Origin: Octopus bimaculoides
Lineage: Eukaryota
DNA length: 64,000 nt
Direction of reading: 5' to 3'
NCBI RefSeq assembly: GCF_001194135.2
Contig: NC_068987.1
Span: forward strand, 13,471,831 to 13,535,830
Position 1 is the first letter of the stretch. Every line of letters starts with the position of its first letter. The translations under genes were made by a program, and so were the position numbers. Below the pieces are notes generated by a model. That model was not told where the DNA came from. It was given only the letters and a program-made list of their open reading frames with translations, and did no database searches. Below, in pieces: positions 50,450-63,647 of this stretch.

Positions 50450-51800
50450 TAATCCTTTTGGTACCAACCTACCCGAGACCGATCATGGCTCTGAAGTGTA
50501 AATGTCATGTTTGAAAAATTTCTCAATTAACATGTTAACTGGTTCATTGCTTAACTTTATGCAACAGCCAGTAACAGGCCGAGGCAGTTAATGTGTTAAA
50601 ATTTTTCATACCAACAGTGTTAATTTATGTTCCAAACACTGATTTGATGATAAAAGTTATTTTACTAAATTCTGCATAATATTTATCAAAGATAGTGTAT
50701 CTCAACGAAAACATGTTAACATGTTTACTGCAGAAATCAGGTATATCCACTCAAAATTTCATTTATCTTAAACTATGGAAAGCAATTTTATATCCCAATT
50801 TATCTTTTGTTGCGGAATGTTATGTTTCAAAACTATTTTCTCTTGAGATGTATCAAGTTCATTGAGGAAACAGAACATGCAGAAATTCTAATTCCATTTA
50901 ACAGCATTACTGGAATAACCATGAAATTTAATTTCATAGATAAAGAGTTAACCCTTTTGATACCAACCCACTTAAGACTGCCCCAGAGCTCTTTAATACA
51001 AAAATGTTTGCTTTAAAGTAATCACAAAACTACCTATCAAAATTTCACCTTAATTCAGATCCTCAACACTAACTTAATAACGACAAGTACTATTTTACGA
51101 TATTTATTATTTTTGTAATTAATTGAACCAAGGATAGTGCATTTCAAGAAAAATAATGGTTAACGAAAAGCATCATAGAGTATGAAGAAAAGATTCAACT
51201 TTAAAGATTTTAAAATGTCCAAGAAATAAATCCCCATGTAATTCCTTAACTAACAGATTGAAGAAAGATAGACTAAAGTAAAACTGAATCTTGTACAAAG
51301 TCATGTAGTTGAAAATTAAATTATCATCCAAACAGAAAGAAGCTTCAATATTCTATTTGTTGAAGATTAATAAGTTAACAGTGCAGTTGAGTTAACTATA
51401 AATGGCAACATTTTGAACCAAATAAACAAGAAATGGAAGAAAATATTTTCTCAACTGTATTTTTTTTTATCCCCACCACACCCCCACCACTGTGTTTCTG
51501 TCTTGAATTCAATAATACAGGAATACTGTAAACAATTTTAAAGCAAAGTGACTTGGTAGGATAATTAGATGAATGTAAGTTATTAATAAAAACCAACAAA
51601 TAGGATGTCTTTAATGTCTTTAAACTTTTTGATACCAACTTGACTGAGACTGACCCCGAGGTCTATCACACAAACAAACTGTTTTAAAGTGATCTAAATT
51701 AAAACCTTCCATCAAAATTCCATGCTAATTTACGTTCTGAACACCAACTGAATAATGACAAAATTATTTTACCAAATTCTTCATTATTTTGGAAATCTAT
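50450..51800. mobile_element. Cluster of piggyBac-like MITE remnants (ttaaccctttt(g)ataccaac starts at about 50450, 50946, 51620); relatives at 8358, 12273-12475, 16380, 58620-58735
   Basis: Repeated ttaa-ccctttt termini and a shared attactggaataaccatgaaattt block. Confidence 0.65.
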
Positions 51801-51829
51801 TGAAACCAAAACAGAATATATTCAGAAGG

Positions 51830-52018
51830 AATATTGGATTCAATTTTTTGGCACAAGGCCAGCAATTTCTTGGTGGGGGGATAAAGTTAGTTATATTGAC
51901 CCCAGAAGGATTGGAAGGCAAAATCAGCCTTGGTGTGGAATTTGAACTCAGAATGTAAAGATGAAACGCCACAAAGCATTTTGCCTGACATACTAATGAT
52001 TCTGCCAGCTCACTGCCT
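51830..52018 (-). mobile_element. SINE family A copy
   Basis: ttggcacaaggccagcaatttc...gaatttgaactcagaatg...ctgccagctcactgcc. Confidence 0.85.
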
Positions 52019-53563
52019 TTTTTCAGAAGGAATATCGAAAGGATTAATGCTCTTAAGAAACCTAACATTTACTAACCAAGAAAGTGTTCTGTCAAGCTCT
52101 AAGGAATTAATTACAGGGTATATTATGAAATATTGAATAACTGGTGATCTACTGGGATCAACATTCACTTCATACACACACTACTAACAACAGTTGGTCG
52201 AAGTCTGACACATGTACACATGAAGAAGGCTTCAAGATGATAAGACACATATCAATGACCAGTTTGTGTTGCCTCTTAGAACAATGAAAATAAACAGGCC
52301 CACTCTTAAACACTGATCATGAAATTCATAATCAATAGTATTGGGAGGCTGCCAACTAATGTTCCACAGGATTATGCTATGGCTATTAATCATTACCTAG
52401 GAATCTACAAAGCCCATGGTATAATACTGATAATTAATCAATACTTCATTATAAACTGACTAACTCTCCATCTATCTGCATAGCTAGCTCTTATTTGCAA
52501 TCAGAAAGTTTCCATAAAAGTACATATTTAATTAATTTTGCATATATACCAAAACAAATGGAATTTAAAAAACATAACTAATTTACATCTAGGGCAACTA
52601 TTTGCAAAAGACTACATTAAAACTTGTTTTGTGGTTCTCCAAACCATATTTTGAACATTCTATTGTGCCTCTATTTATACAAGACTCAAGATCTTTAACA
52701 TGAAGATGGTGTTGCTGTACTGATGTGAAACACAGCAAGTTGCAAAGTTCTCTATCAATAAGTACCAAACATTTGCGGGTGGCAACACTTGGGGATAACT
52801 GCAATCCATTGTTAAAGACAGAAACAGAAATCTCTTGTTGCTCCTTACACAGAGTTAAAGGATTAAGAACAAGATAATATATATGTCAGTATTTTGTCTC
52901 AGTTCCTGCAGATTCTAATGGGTACTAAAGATAGAAAAGACATACATCTGTAAAATTGCTTTCACTAACTTTATGCCAATGTCTACATTTTTGAAACAAT
53001 TAAAACCAAATGCTAGGAGAGGGAAAAATGAATTTTAACTATTAAAGAAAGAAAGAATTCCAAAGAAGCAATTTTTTTTTTTTGCATTTAAGTAATTAAT
53101 AAATTAATTGATTAATTAAAATTAAGTTTCCCATGTCAAAGAAATAACATTTCAAATGTTGAACGAATTAGTCTAAAATTAGCAAAAATTATTTCACAAA
53201 TTTAATTATTGTTAATTGAAATAAAACTGTAAGAACTGGGAATGACCTATAGCAGACTTACACTTAGAAATCTACCAACCCTCCAAAAGTTCATTTTTTG
53301 CAATTCATAATTGATAAAAAATTAATTCCTGCATATGCATTTGATATTCTTAATTCCAGCATGAGTTTGTGCAAAGCAACAAGCATGAATATATCTCAGC
53401 AAATCTACAAAGAATACTTAGAGCAAACAGACGGACATAGTGAAGGAAGAAGGTGGGGGGTGTTTCTAAAAGAGAAGCGAGCCCATAGCAACAAGAAAAC
53501 AACAGGTACAACAAAAACTGTGGCAAAGTGGTTTCTTTCAGAGTCTGGCATATCCAGACTTAC

Positions 53564-53759
53564 TGTATGATATTTTTGAAGATAATCTCTGGACTGATAT
53601 GATCTTGGAGTAGGCGTTGATCGCCCGCTAAGTGGTGGAGACGATCGCTCATAACCCGAGCGCCATCTGTTGGCTATTGCATCAAGACTTCCACTCCCTA
53701 CCCTGCTTTCCAGTTCTTCTGCTCGCTGTTCGGTACTTTCTTTCTCCTCTTGTATCAAT
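53564..53759 (-). CDS. Liprin-alpha (PPFIA): Liprin-alpha exon ([26 protein letters not shown]...[10 protein letters not shown]...LQKYHT), 196 nt, phase 2 to 0
   Basis: Acceptor ttctttttcag|A, donor ACA|gtaagt; continues the conserved IRLIQEEKE motif across the intron. Confidence 0.96.
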
Positions 53760-56239
53760 CTGAAAAAGAAGTGAAGGGGTAAAGTTAATCAATGTAGAGC
53801 CACTTAGCAGTTAATTACTATTATAAAAACAAACAAAAAAAACCGCCCATGATTACTCTTCTCTCCTGCTTAGTATTACCATCATATGATTAACATCTGT
53901 TTTAAATAGGCATTAATTAAATGGTTATAAAAAAAAAAACTCCATAATTAATAAGAAAATTAATTAACACCATCATCAGATAGACTATGAAGTTCCTGCT
54001 GTATTTAATAATCACATTACTCAATACATACCGTACCAACAATCACTACTTGAAGCTGCTGCTTTTTTTCTTTATATCATAGTCAGGAGTAAAAACAGGG
54101 TTTCTGACCCTTCACATGGAGTCTGAGAATAGTGGGAGGAGGGAAGGAATAAGATAGCTTCAAACCAGAGATCTGGCCCAAAATCCTTACAACGTAGCGG
54201 CTTCAGCCAAATGCACTCAACATATCAACTGATGGTGTTAGTTCAGGTGACAAGGCAAGATGCATTGATCTAATTGATTCCTAATTTAAATAATTTAAAA
54301 CAATGACCCACTTCTTCACTAACAAATAATTATCAAATTTGGAATGTACTTAGATGTAAGAAACTTTCTGCTAAAGTTTTAAGTAAACTTGTAAAATTAT
54401 CTAAGCCTCACTAATACAGAAAACTGGTTTAAAATATCATCATCACCATCATCACCACAACCATTTAAAAAAAAACTAAATGGGTGGAAAGCATCTTTTT
54501 TAATAAGTATTATTTGAAATAAGACTCATTTATTTAGTTACTGTTGCTGCTGTAATATAAGACTAAATTTTGAAACAGAAATATTTTTATAATCATATAA
54601 ACTAATATGATAGTTATACTGGAAATGTTTAACATAAGCAGCAGTGGTACTTCTAATTACTAACAAACTTGGCTTCTTATTTTTCTCCAAAATACACAAC
54701 TCTATATTTAGTCAATGCATAAAGACACAGCACTAAGTGGAAATGATAAGGATAATTAATGATAATTAACAATAACGATGATGAAGACAAAGATGATAGT
54801 GATGGTGAGACAAAAATCCAATACAACATACTGCATATATAAAACAAATAAAAACTGCAGATAATTAATCAATTTTTATAAACCGGAGAAAAGAAAAGAA
54901 AAATAGTTAAAAGCAGCAGTGATAAAAATTTGAGAGAATGAAAGAAGAAAATAAACACCACTGTTTCAATCCCTAACACTAATGAAATTTTGAATGATTA
55001 TGCCTAAATTTTGATAGCAAGCATGTTGCATGTGAAAATGTTTCTAAATATGTTAGCATATTATTTTGCTAGGCTACTTCCTCCTAGCATTACACATCTG
55101 CTATTGCAACGGTAACCTGATCTCTGTAAGAAAATCTTAGAAAAATTAAGTAATGATAACAACAGGATTGATCCCACATCTGCTACTTCAATCTAAAAGA
55201 TTAAAAGCTGGTGAATAAAGAGAGATCATTCAAGTTAGGAGTGAAAGTTAGATAATCTGCTCTGATTATTATGGTGCCAGGTGGAATAATTTAAACACAT
55301 CAAAACAATAATCTTTTATGTGCAATAAAATCTGTATTAAATCAAAATAGCCGTTTATGTATCATACTTCAAGTAAATATATTGTTGAAAGGCAAATTTA
55401 CTGCAGTATTCATCCAGAGATAACATCTCTGATAAATATGAGCTGTGTTTAAAAATACTATATCTAAGGGAGACAAAAATCATCCCAGTAGTAAGTGGTG
55501 AGAATGTTAGATGTATTTCTGCTCCATTAAGCTTTATCAAAAACATGTACTCCTACTCCAAGTGAAAAATATTCACTGGTATTGCAAATAGTCAATCAGC
55601 TGAATAACAATCTGTTATAAGCAATAGAAGAGGTATTAAATTGAAATAGTTGTGTCATACCTTATGTAATTACATTATTAAAAGGCAAATTAACTGTTCT
55701 AGTCATAATTATTAATAATCAAGTAGCTAGTAGGTTTTCTTACTCTTTGAATATAATAAAAAGAAGCTATGTTTCTGAAGGAAGCATCCACAGAAAGACA
55801 GTGTGATTGGGAAATACCACACTATAACATGTCATTGCATTTGTATCTTCTGTATTATGGATTATGGGTCTTGGATGGCTAGGGGTGGTCACTAGCCTTA
55901 CAGCAGTCAGGGAAATGTCACCACTGCAATAGTTTCTTTTACTTGTGGCGACATAATGTAAATGTAGCATAGGCCAGCAGCAGTCACTATTTCCCAGTCA
56001 GTTGTGTGATGGTGTTCTCTGTTGCTGCTGACCTTAAAGATGTACAGTCATCAAAGGAACTACAACTGAAGGAGAGGATGGCTAAGGTTAGATCCAGTGG
56101 ATAACCACAAAGAAGTGCCTGTGTGCATGTGTTATAGACCACATACATACACAGGACACAAATACATAAATACATGTATAGGGCCACATATGATAATTTG
56201 CATGTACACAAACAGGCAAACTACACACCATTAATATAT

Positions 56240-56285
<46 letters not shown>

Positions 56286-56809
56286 TGTATTAGAGCAGAC
56301 AAGATTCTCTGTGAAATAAGAGACAAGCATACAATTATAATGCATGAAATTCATGGCTCGTTAATCAGAAGCATGAATAAATTGTACACCAGAGGCGATA
56401 ACAAGCTAGTAGAGGATTCTATGAGGCGAAGGAGTGGTGGTTGAAGACCTAAAAATGAATATAAACATATAAACCACTTAACCAAAGAAAAGAAAATGCC
56501 AGAGAAGTGCAAATTATCTTATAGAATGGCTGCCATCTGAGACTTAATGAGTCATGTCGTCTTTATGCTAGTGATCACGGTGAGTTTGTAGTTTAGAGCC
56601 TTTAGTTCCAGTTACAACTTCATTACTTTTGACTTTCAGGCACTCTGTGTGCTTAGATTTGCATTGAAGAACTAGCAGTAAAATACTGAAAATAATTAGC
56701 ATCAAAGACGGGTTGATTTAAATGAGGAGAAGAGGTACTAAAGGTTTTCCAGTTGTGATCTTTTAATAAGAGTGTATGTAATCAAAATAATCTATTTGTC
56801 TATCATCAT

Positions 56810-57200
56810 GATTTGTCATCATTTAGCATACACATTTTTATGGTTGCACAGGTTGGATGGAATTTGTTGAGAAAGATTTTCTAAAGTCAGATGCCCTTTC
56901 TGTCACCAACCCTCACTTGTTTCCAAACAAGGTAGTATTTCTCATGGCAAGACACGTTTTTTCACAGAAGACTGGAAACAAACAACAGCTTGGAAGATGT
57001 TGACACTTGATTACAACCATTATGTGATATCAACACACACACACAATGAGCTTCTTTTCGGTTTCTCTCTACTAAATCTGTTTGCAAGGTTTTAATTGAC
57101 CAGGGGCTGTAGTATAAGATATGCCTGAGGTGCAGTGTTGTGGGACTGAACCTGAAAGCATATGGTTGGGATGCAAGCTTCTCAACCACATAGCTATGCC
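56810..57200 (-). mobile_element. Composite family E-type plus family B antisense repeat; similar composite at 59355-59712
   Basis: ggatgccctttctgtcaccaaccctcac...ccaaacaaggta followed by gggactgaacc...cttctcaaccac in both places. Confidence 0.7.
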
Positions 57201-59752
57201 TGTGACAATCAATAATTTTCATAAAAAAAAAAGAAAGAAAGAAAAAGAGCCCCATCATACAAAGTTATAAGAATGAGGTTTATATTTTCCTTAGTGTTAT
57301 TGTTACCACCAACTAAATATATTTAACAATACTTCATTATTCAACATGAATTAATATATCCAAAACAGCCACAATTTAGCTGCTTCATATTTAATTGCCT
57401 ACTGTTTGCAATATTAAAAAAAAAATCTGGACACCAATTGAAAGATAATAAATAAATGAATAAATTATAGATGCAATTAATTGAAAGCGTATGTTAGTTT
57501 TACGCAATATATTTTGTGGTAGCTTTATGTAATGTATTTTGTAATTTATGTAATATATTTTGTGCAGAAACCCATGTTGTCTTTACATAATATCTAGCAA
57601 TTTTGATACCTATCAGGTGGTTGGAACCACTCTGTGTGTGTGTGTAGATAGACAGATATAGATATTTTGGGTATGTAATTTAAATTATGTCATTTGCACA
57701 TTGATGTAAATTGCAATGTAAAATAAGCTATATTACTGAAGCACAAATTGATATTTCTACACATTTAAATATGGAAAATTTATATATATATATATAAAAC
57801 CATGTTTGAATTTATATCCCCCCATCTCTCCTTTTTTGTATTTACCAGAGAGAGACGTACGCATGCATACACAGAGAAAGAGACACACACACACACGTAT
57901 ATATATTCAGAAAAGAGAGACAGACAAAAAGTGTTGTATTTTAGGATTAAAACTCTATGGACAAGAAAGAAAAGATTTCATATCATGGACACAGAATTTA
58001 AACTACTTTTAAACAAATGCAAATAGATAAATTACCCCAGCCAACACTTATTTCAAAATAGATATAACATTTTGTGAGAGACAGTTGCTAGTTCTTTTCT
58101 CTCTTCTTTTTTTTTTATGTGGATTTATTCATTAAAGACTATTCTGATTCTAGTTTCAGGTGATAAAACAAGATATGCAGATGAAACCTACAGATTTCAC
58201 TGAAAAAAAAAAGTAATAAATAAAAATGAAATATAAATAAAAAGTAACTGAAATCAACCTAGTCTTCAATGTTACATGAAACCTATACAAAACAAAGCAG
58301 TTTCTTACAAATATCATCGTCACATGATATTGTGATGTGATATGACAAGTATTTTCTTTTTGTTTTTATACAAAGATGAAGTAAATTGTAAAAGTGCAAG
58401 CAAAAGAAAGGGAGAGGCAAATCCTAATTCGACATTACTAATTTACAGAGACTATACATTCCAAGAACATAAAACACAGCCTCCACCCTTGAACACAGCT
58501 AAAAGTCATCTAACTCCCTTCAAGTGTTAGGTTTTTATTGTTTGTCCCAGATAATGATTCAAGGTAACCAAACGGTTTTCAGAGAGCCATGGCAAAAGCT
58601 AAGTTTGTTTTTGAGTCATGTCAAGTTTATGGAGGCAACATGACTTGCAGAAAATACCAATTCTATTTTGTGATAGATATTTAACATAGTTACTGAAATA
58701 ACCATGAAATTTTAATTTTAGTTTAAGGGTTAAAGTTAAGGCAGCAGTAACGTCCATAAAGTAGAGCTACATGTTCTGTGATTTGGGGAAAATCATAAAC
58801 ATGTTCCATGTAAAAAAAACAGCATTTAAGAACCACACTGCCATCTTGCAAGAAAGTTTTTATGCATCAATACTACTAAAAATAAAAAATAAAATAACAA
58901 AAAAACATACTGGATCGTTGTTAGATCATAGAGTCTCTATGATATTTCTATTGCTTCCAACATGGCTTCAGCTATCTACAAAGCGTAACTGATACATTTA
59001 CCGTTCCAGCAGCGTTTCATTTTCCTAAGTTAGTAAACTTAACCTAAGAACTCCTTTTCTTCTGCAAATAGCTCATGCATATCACTAACCTGTAACTACT
59101 TGAAACTGAACATTACTGAATCACTCATTGCTCTGATTGATTCAGCAATAGTTTAGGGATTCCTTGAGTCTACTCTGAGCTGGATTGATAGAAGATGACA
59201 GTAGTGATAACATTAGTGGTAATGGTGATGATAAAGGACAGTGGCGATGATGAAGATGTTAAAATCTGTTTCACAGATAATGTTCCAACAAAGTTTTGAA
59301 TAAAAAAACACAGAAAATTAAAGAAAACAAAACAAAACTATACACACACACATCATTATTGTCATTTAATATCCAGTTTTCTATGTTTGCATGGATGGGT
59401 CAGATGGAGATTATTGAGGCAGATTTTCTATGGCTGGATGCCCTTCTGTCACCAACCCATACCTCGTTCCAAGCAAGGTAATATTTCCCCCATAACCACA
59501 CATTTTTCCCCACAGAAGACTAGAAACAAACAACCTCACTTATATGATGGTAATACTCATTTATAATCATCCTATGGTGTCAGAACAGGGACACACACAC
59601 AATGAACTTCTTTCAGTTTCTGTCCATCAAATCCACTACAAGTCTTTGGCCAGCCCAAGACTGAACCCGAGACTACACGGTTAGTGAGCAAGTTTCCTAA
59701 CCACACAGCCACACCTTCACCTTATACATATAAAAGCATCAAAAGTACTAAC

Positions 59753-59970
59753 CTAATTTCATTATTGATTGCATCCAGCTGTTCTTGGATCATCAAGGCC
59801 AATGTTTGTGCATCTGTATGGCCAGAGGGTGAAAGTAAGTCAACAGCGCCAAATATGGACTCTGTGTCGTCAGTCCCTTCAGTGTCACTGGTATCAAAAG
59901 CTTGTTGAACATTAGCCAACACATGTGCTTGTTGTATTTTCTCCCACTCCTGTTCATTCAGTGTGTTCAC
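59753..59970 (-). CDS. Liprin-alpha (PPFIA): Liprin-alpha exon, end of coiled-coil region ([25 protein letters not shown]...[10 protein letters not shown]), 218 nt, phase 0 to 2
   Basis: Acceptor cttatttcag|GTG, donor ATTAG|gttagt; translation matches liprin-alpha motifs. Confidence 0.96.
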
Positions 59971-60009
59971 CTGAAATAAGGAAATAATAGTAATAATAAT
60001 AACAACAAC

Positions 60010-60224
60010 AATAATAGTTTCAAATTTTGGCACAGGGCCAGCAAGTTTTAGGAGAAGGGACAAGCCAATTACATCAAGCCCAGTACTTAACTGGTACTTA
60101 TTTTATCAACCCTAAAAGACAGAAAGGAAAAGGTAACCATGGAGGAATTTAAATTCAGAACGAAAAAAATGACAAAATGCCACTAAGCATTTTGCCCAGC
60201 ATGCTAACAATTATACCAGTCTGC

Positions 60225-60258
<34 letters not shown>

Positions 60259-60447
60259 ATAAAAAAAAAAATAATAATAATAATAATCCTTTCTATTATA
60301 GGCACAAGGCCTGAAATTTTGGGGGAGGGGACTAGTCGATTACATCAACCCCAGTGTTTCACTGGTACTTAACTGATCGACCACAAGAGGATGAAAGGCA
60401 AAGTTGACCCCACCAGTGTGCTAACGATTCTGCCAGCTTGCCACCTT
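60010..60447 (-). mobile_element. Two tandem SINE family A copies (60010-60222, 60283-60447) with TTA/AAT spacer
   Basis: Same motifs; the first copy begins about 40 nt upstream of the acceptor of exon 59970. Confidence 0.85.
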
Positions 60448-61964
60448 TGTCAATAATAATGATGATATCTAATGATATCTAATGATGATATCTAAAGACT
60501 GATTTACAACAGTTTCAATCTCTATCTTGTTAATGATGTAGCCAGGAGGAAGGAGCCATGCCCAAGACCTCCACAGGTCCTCCGAGATTTCTGAGATCAA
60601 TATAGCAGATATCTATTTTGAACAACTGCAGGGACATTAAAAAGGAAAAAGAGAAGAAAAAAAGCCTTAGGTCAGATAAGATTTCTAGAGGATAAGAATG
60701 GTATGCGGGAAAAGGATTAGCAAAAGTCGTTAGTGCATGGTTAGGGGACTGTATGGGTAACAGGAAGAGGAGAAACTAGCGTACTTCTTGGTTAGTGGAG
60801 TTATGCAACCAGTAAGCCTCAAAGAGAGGCACTGTAGGTGCAAAAAAAAAAAAAAAAAAAGATGAGAAGAGTATATTAGAATGACGAAATCTAAAAACCA
60901 GATTTTTAAAAATTTTGAATGACACAAAATTTTTATAAAGAAAGAAATTCAAATGAAAGCATTGAATTCTCTTTCACTTTGCCAATGGGCGATACTTCAT
61001 AGAACTAATTAAAAAATGGAATGCTGGTTTCATGCCATTTTGTGGATCACTTTTTACTTTTTCTTCTGAGGCATTAGTTTTTATTTATTTATTTACTTAT
61101 TTAATTTACTTGTTACCAAATTTTAATTAATAAATTGGAAAGCTGCTGCTGCTGTTGTCCTTTATTTAGCTCTAGGTCAGCTTTGGTTAAGTAGGCCTAT
61201 AACCAAAGGTGCTCCAGTCTTTTATTATAACAAGAACCACATTGTCTAATGAGTTATTCCCTTTTTTAAAGATGGGAGGGTGTGGTTTGAGGGAATCTGG
61301 CTCTATACAAAAGTTGTTGGTGGTTATGTGAAGAAGATAATGAACCGAAAGGGAAGAAGATGGTAGTATCCTGTTTATAGTACCTACTTTATAGACAAGA
61401 CCAAAAGGACTTGGAATATTAGATGAACTCGCTGGTTTCATCTAGTTGTACGCAACTAGAGCATGTGGTACAATACATTGAGATCAGTTATAGTATCACT
61501 GAATCAATAAAATAAATACCAGCTGTGCAACAGGATTAATTTAACAAACTTCCCTCTTCCCTCAAAATTGTTATCCTTGTGCCAAAAGGAAGAATTCAGG
61601 CATTGGAGTCATTATAATCGGCTAGACTCCTCCACCAAATTTCAGACCATGCTAAGCAGAGGAGGTGACACAGTGCCCATAGTCTTTCTGGTCTTTCCCA
61701 GATTGGTGGCATTAGAGCAGCAGATGCTGAACTTGAATACTTACAAGCCAAAGTAAGCAGGGAAAAAAATGTTAGTAGAAAGAGAACCAGTGGTTTGGAT
61801 GGTAGTACTGAGCACAACTCTTCCAGCAGGAAAAGCTGTCTTTTCCTGCTGCCTGTGACAGTCTAATATCGTAAACTGGAGAGTATTGATCTCTCATCTA
61901 TTCAATGCTATGGAAACTGGAATCTCATCTACGTAATGCTGTAATGCTATGGAACTGGAATTAG

Positions 61965-62090
61965 TCTATTATATGGACCCCAGTATTTGACTGGTACTTT
62001 ATTGTATCACCCCTACCCAAGGGATGAAAGTCGAAGTTGATTTTGATGGGATTTGAACTCAGAACATAAGGAGCTGGAAGAACACCACAA
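61965..62090 (-). mobile_element. Partial SINE family A copy
   Basis: ccccagtatttgactggtac...gggatgaaag...gatttgaactcagaac. Confidence 0.7.
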
Positions 62091-62263
62091 ATATAATGGC
62101 AATATAAAGACTGATTCCATGCCATGGAAAACAAACCATCTAATTACTTATAGAAAGAGGTAAACAGAATAGTTGACTTATGAACAAAATGGCTATTGAT
62201 TTCTATTATATATATTTTCTCCTCTCTTACCACTTCTTTTTTAGCTTATTTCTTTGCCATCTA

Positions 62264-62307
<44 letters not shown>

Positions 62308-63063
62308 NNNNNNNNNNNNNNNNNNNNNNNNNNNNNNNNNNNNNNNNNNNNNNNNNNNNNNNNNNNNNNNNNNNNNNNNNNNNNNNNNNNNNNNNNNNNN
62401 NNNNNNNNNNNNNNNNNNNNNNNNNNNNNNNNNNNNNNNNNNNNNNNNNNNNNNNNNNNNNNNNNNNNNNNNNNNNNNNNNNNNNNNNNNNNNNNNNNNN
62501 NNNNNNNNNNNNNNNNNNNNNNNNNNNNNNNNNNNNNNNNNNNNNNNNNNNNNNNNNNNNNNNNNNNNNNNNNNNNNNNNNNNNNNNNNNNNNNNNNNNN
62601 NNNNNNNNNNNNNNNNNNNNNNNNNNNNNNNNNNNNNNNNNNNNNNNNNNNNNNNNNNNNNNNNNNNNNNNNNNNNNNNNNNNNNNNNNNNNNNNNNNNN
62701 NNNNNNNNNNNNNNNNNNNNNNNNNNNNNNNNNNNNNNNNNNNNNNNNNNNNNNNNNNNNNNNNNNNNNNNNNNNNNNNNNNNNNNNNNNNNNNNNNNNN
62801 NNNNNNNNNNNNNNNNNNNNNNNNNNNNNNNNNNNNNNNNNNNNNNNNNNNNNNNNNNNNNNNNNNNNNNNNNNNNNNNNNNNNNNNNNNNNNNNNNNNN
62901 NNNNNNNNNNNNNNNNNNNNNNNNNNNNNNNNNNNNNNNNNNNNNNNNNNNNNNNNNNNNNNNNNNNNNNNNNNNNNNNNNNNNNNNNNNNNNNNNNNNN
63001 NNNNNNNNNNNNNNNNNNNNNNNNNNNNNNNNNNNNNNNNNNNNNNNNNNNNNNNNNNNNNNN

Positions 63064-63106
<43 letters not shown>

Positions 63107-63199
63107 TTTAACGTCTGTCTTCCATTCATGCATGGGTAGGACGTTGACAGGAGTTGGCCAGGCAGAAGACTACTCCAGGCTATTTATATGTATAAAAGT

Positions 63200-63470
63200 G
63201 CCAGGCCAAATGTTAAGGGTGTTGCACTCACAATTGCTAGTTTGTGGGTTCAAATCCTGGACTGAGTGGGAGTGTTGTGTTCTTGAGCAAAACACTTCAT
63301 TCCACATTGCTCCAGTCAATTCAGCCGCAAATGGGTAAACCTGCAATGAATTAGTGGTCTGATGGAATGGGGGGGGGCCTACCCTGTCGGGTGACATCAT
63401 TCAAAGGCTGGAATAAAGTGAAGCGCATTGTGATCAGTGGTGTATAACAACATCTGATAGCCTGGTCAAT
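63200..63470 (+). mobile_element. SINE family D (gggttcaaatcctgg...ttgagcaaaacacttcattccacattgctccagt); antisense copies at 17030-17245, 42090-42200, 42590-42775
   Basis: B-box-like ggttcaaatcc; reverse-complement matches among the copies. Confidence 0.75.
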
Positions 63471-63647
63471 ACCATTATATATATATATAGTAGTTCCTCT
63501 TTAATAAAGTGTTCCCTTGAAGAACTGTGGGGGATCTGCATCCAAATGCATTATGAACGACCACTGCAGAGGATGTAAAAAGCCACAATGGCAAAATGGG
63601 CAGAGAGAACAATTGGTATAAAATGCGTAATGTGTTTACCATATTTT

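Noticed and set aside
62180-63139. ORFs of 285-319 aa (also 19771-20557, 41186-41559, 43160-43418, 44901-45177)
   Set aside because: Open only because they run through N gaps.
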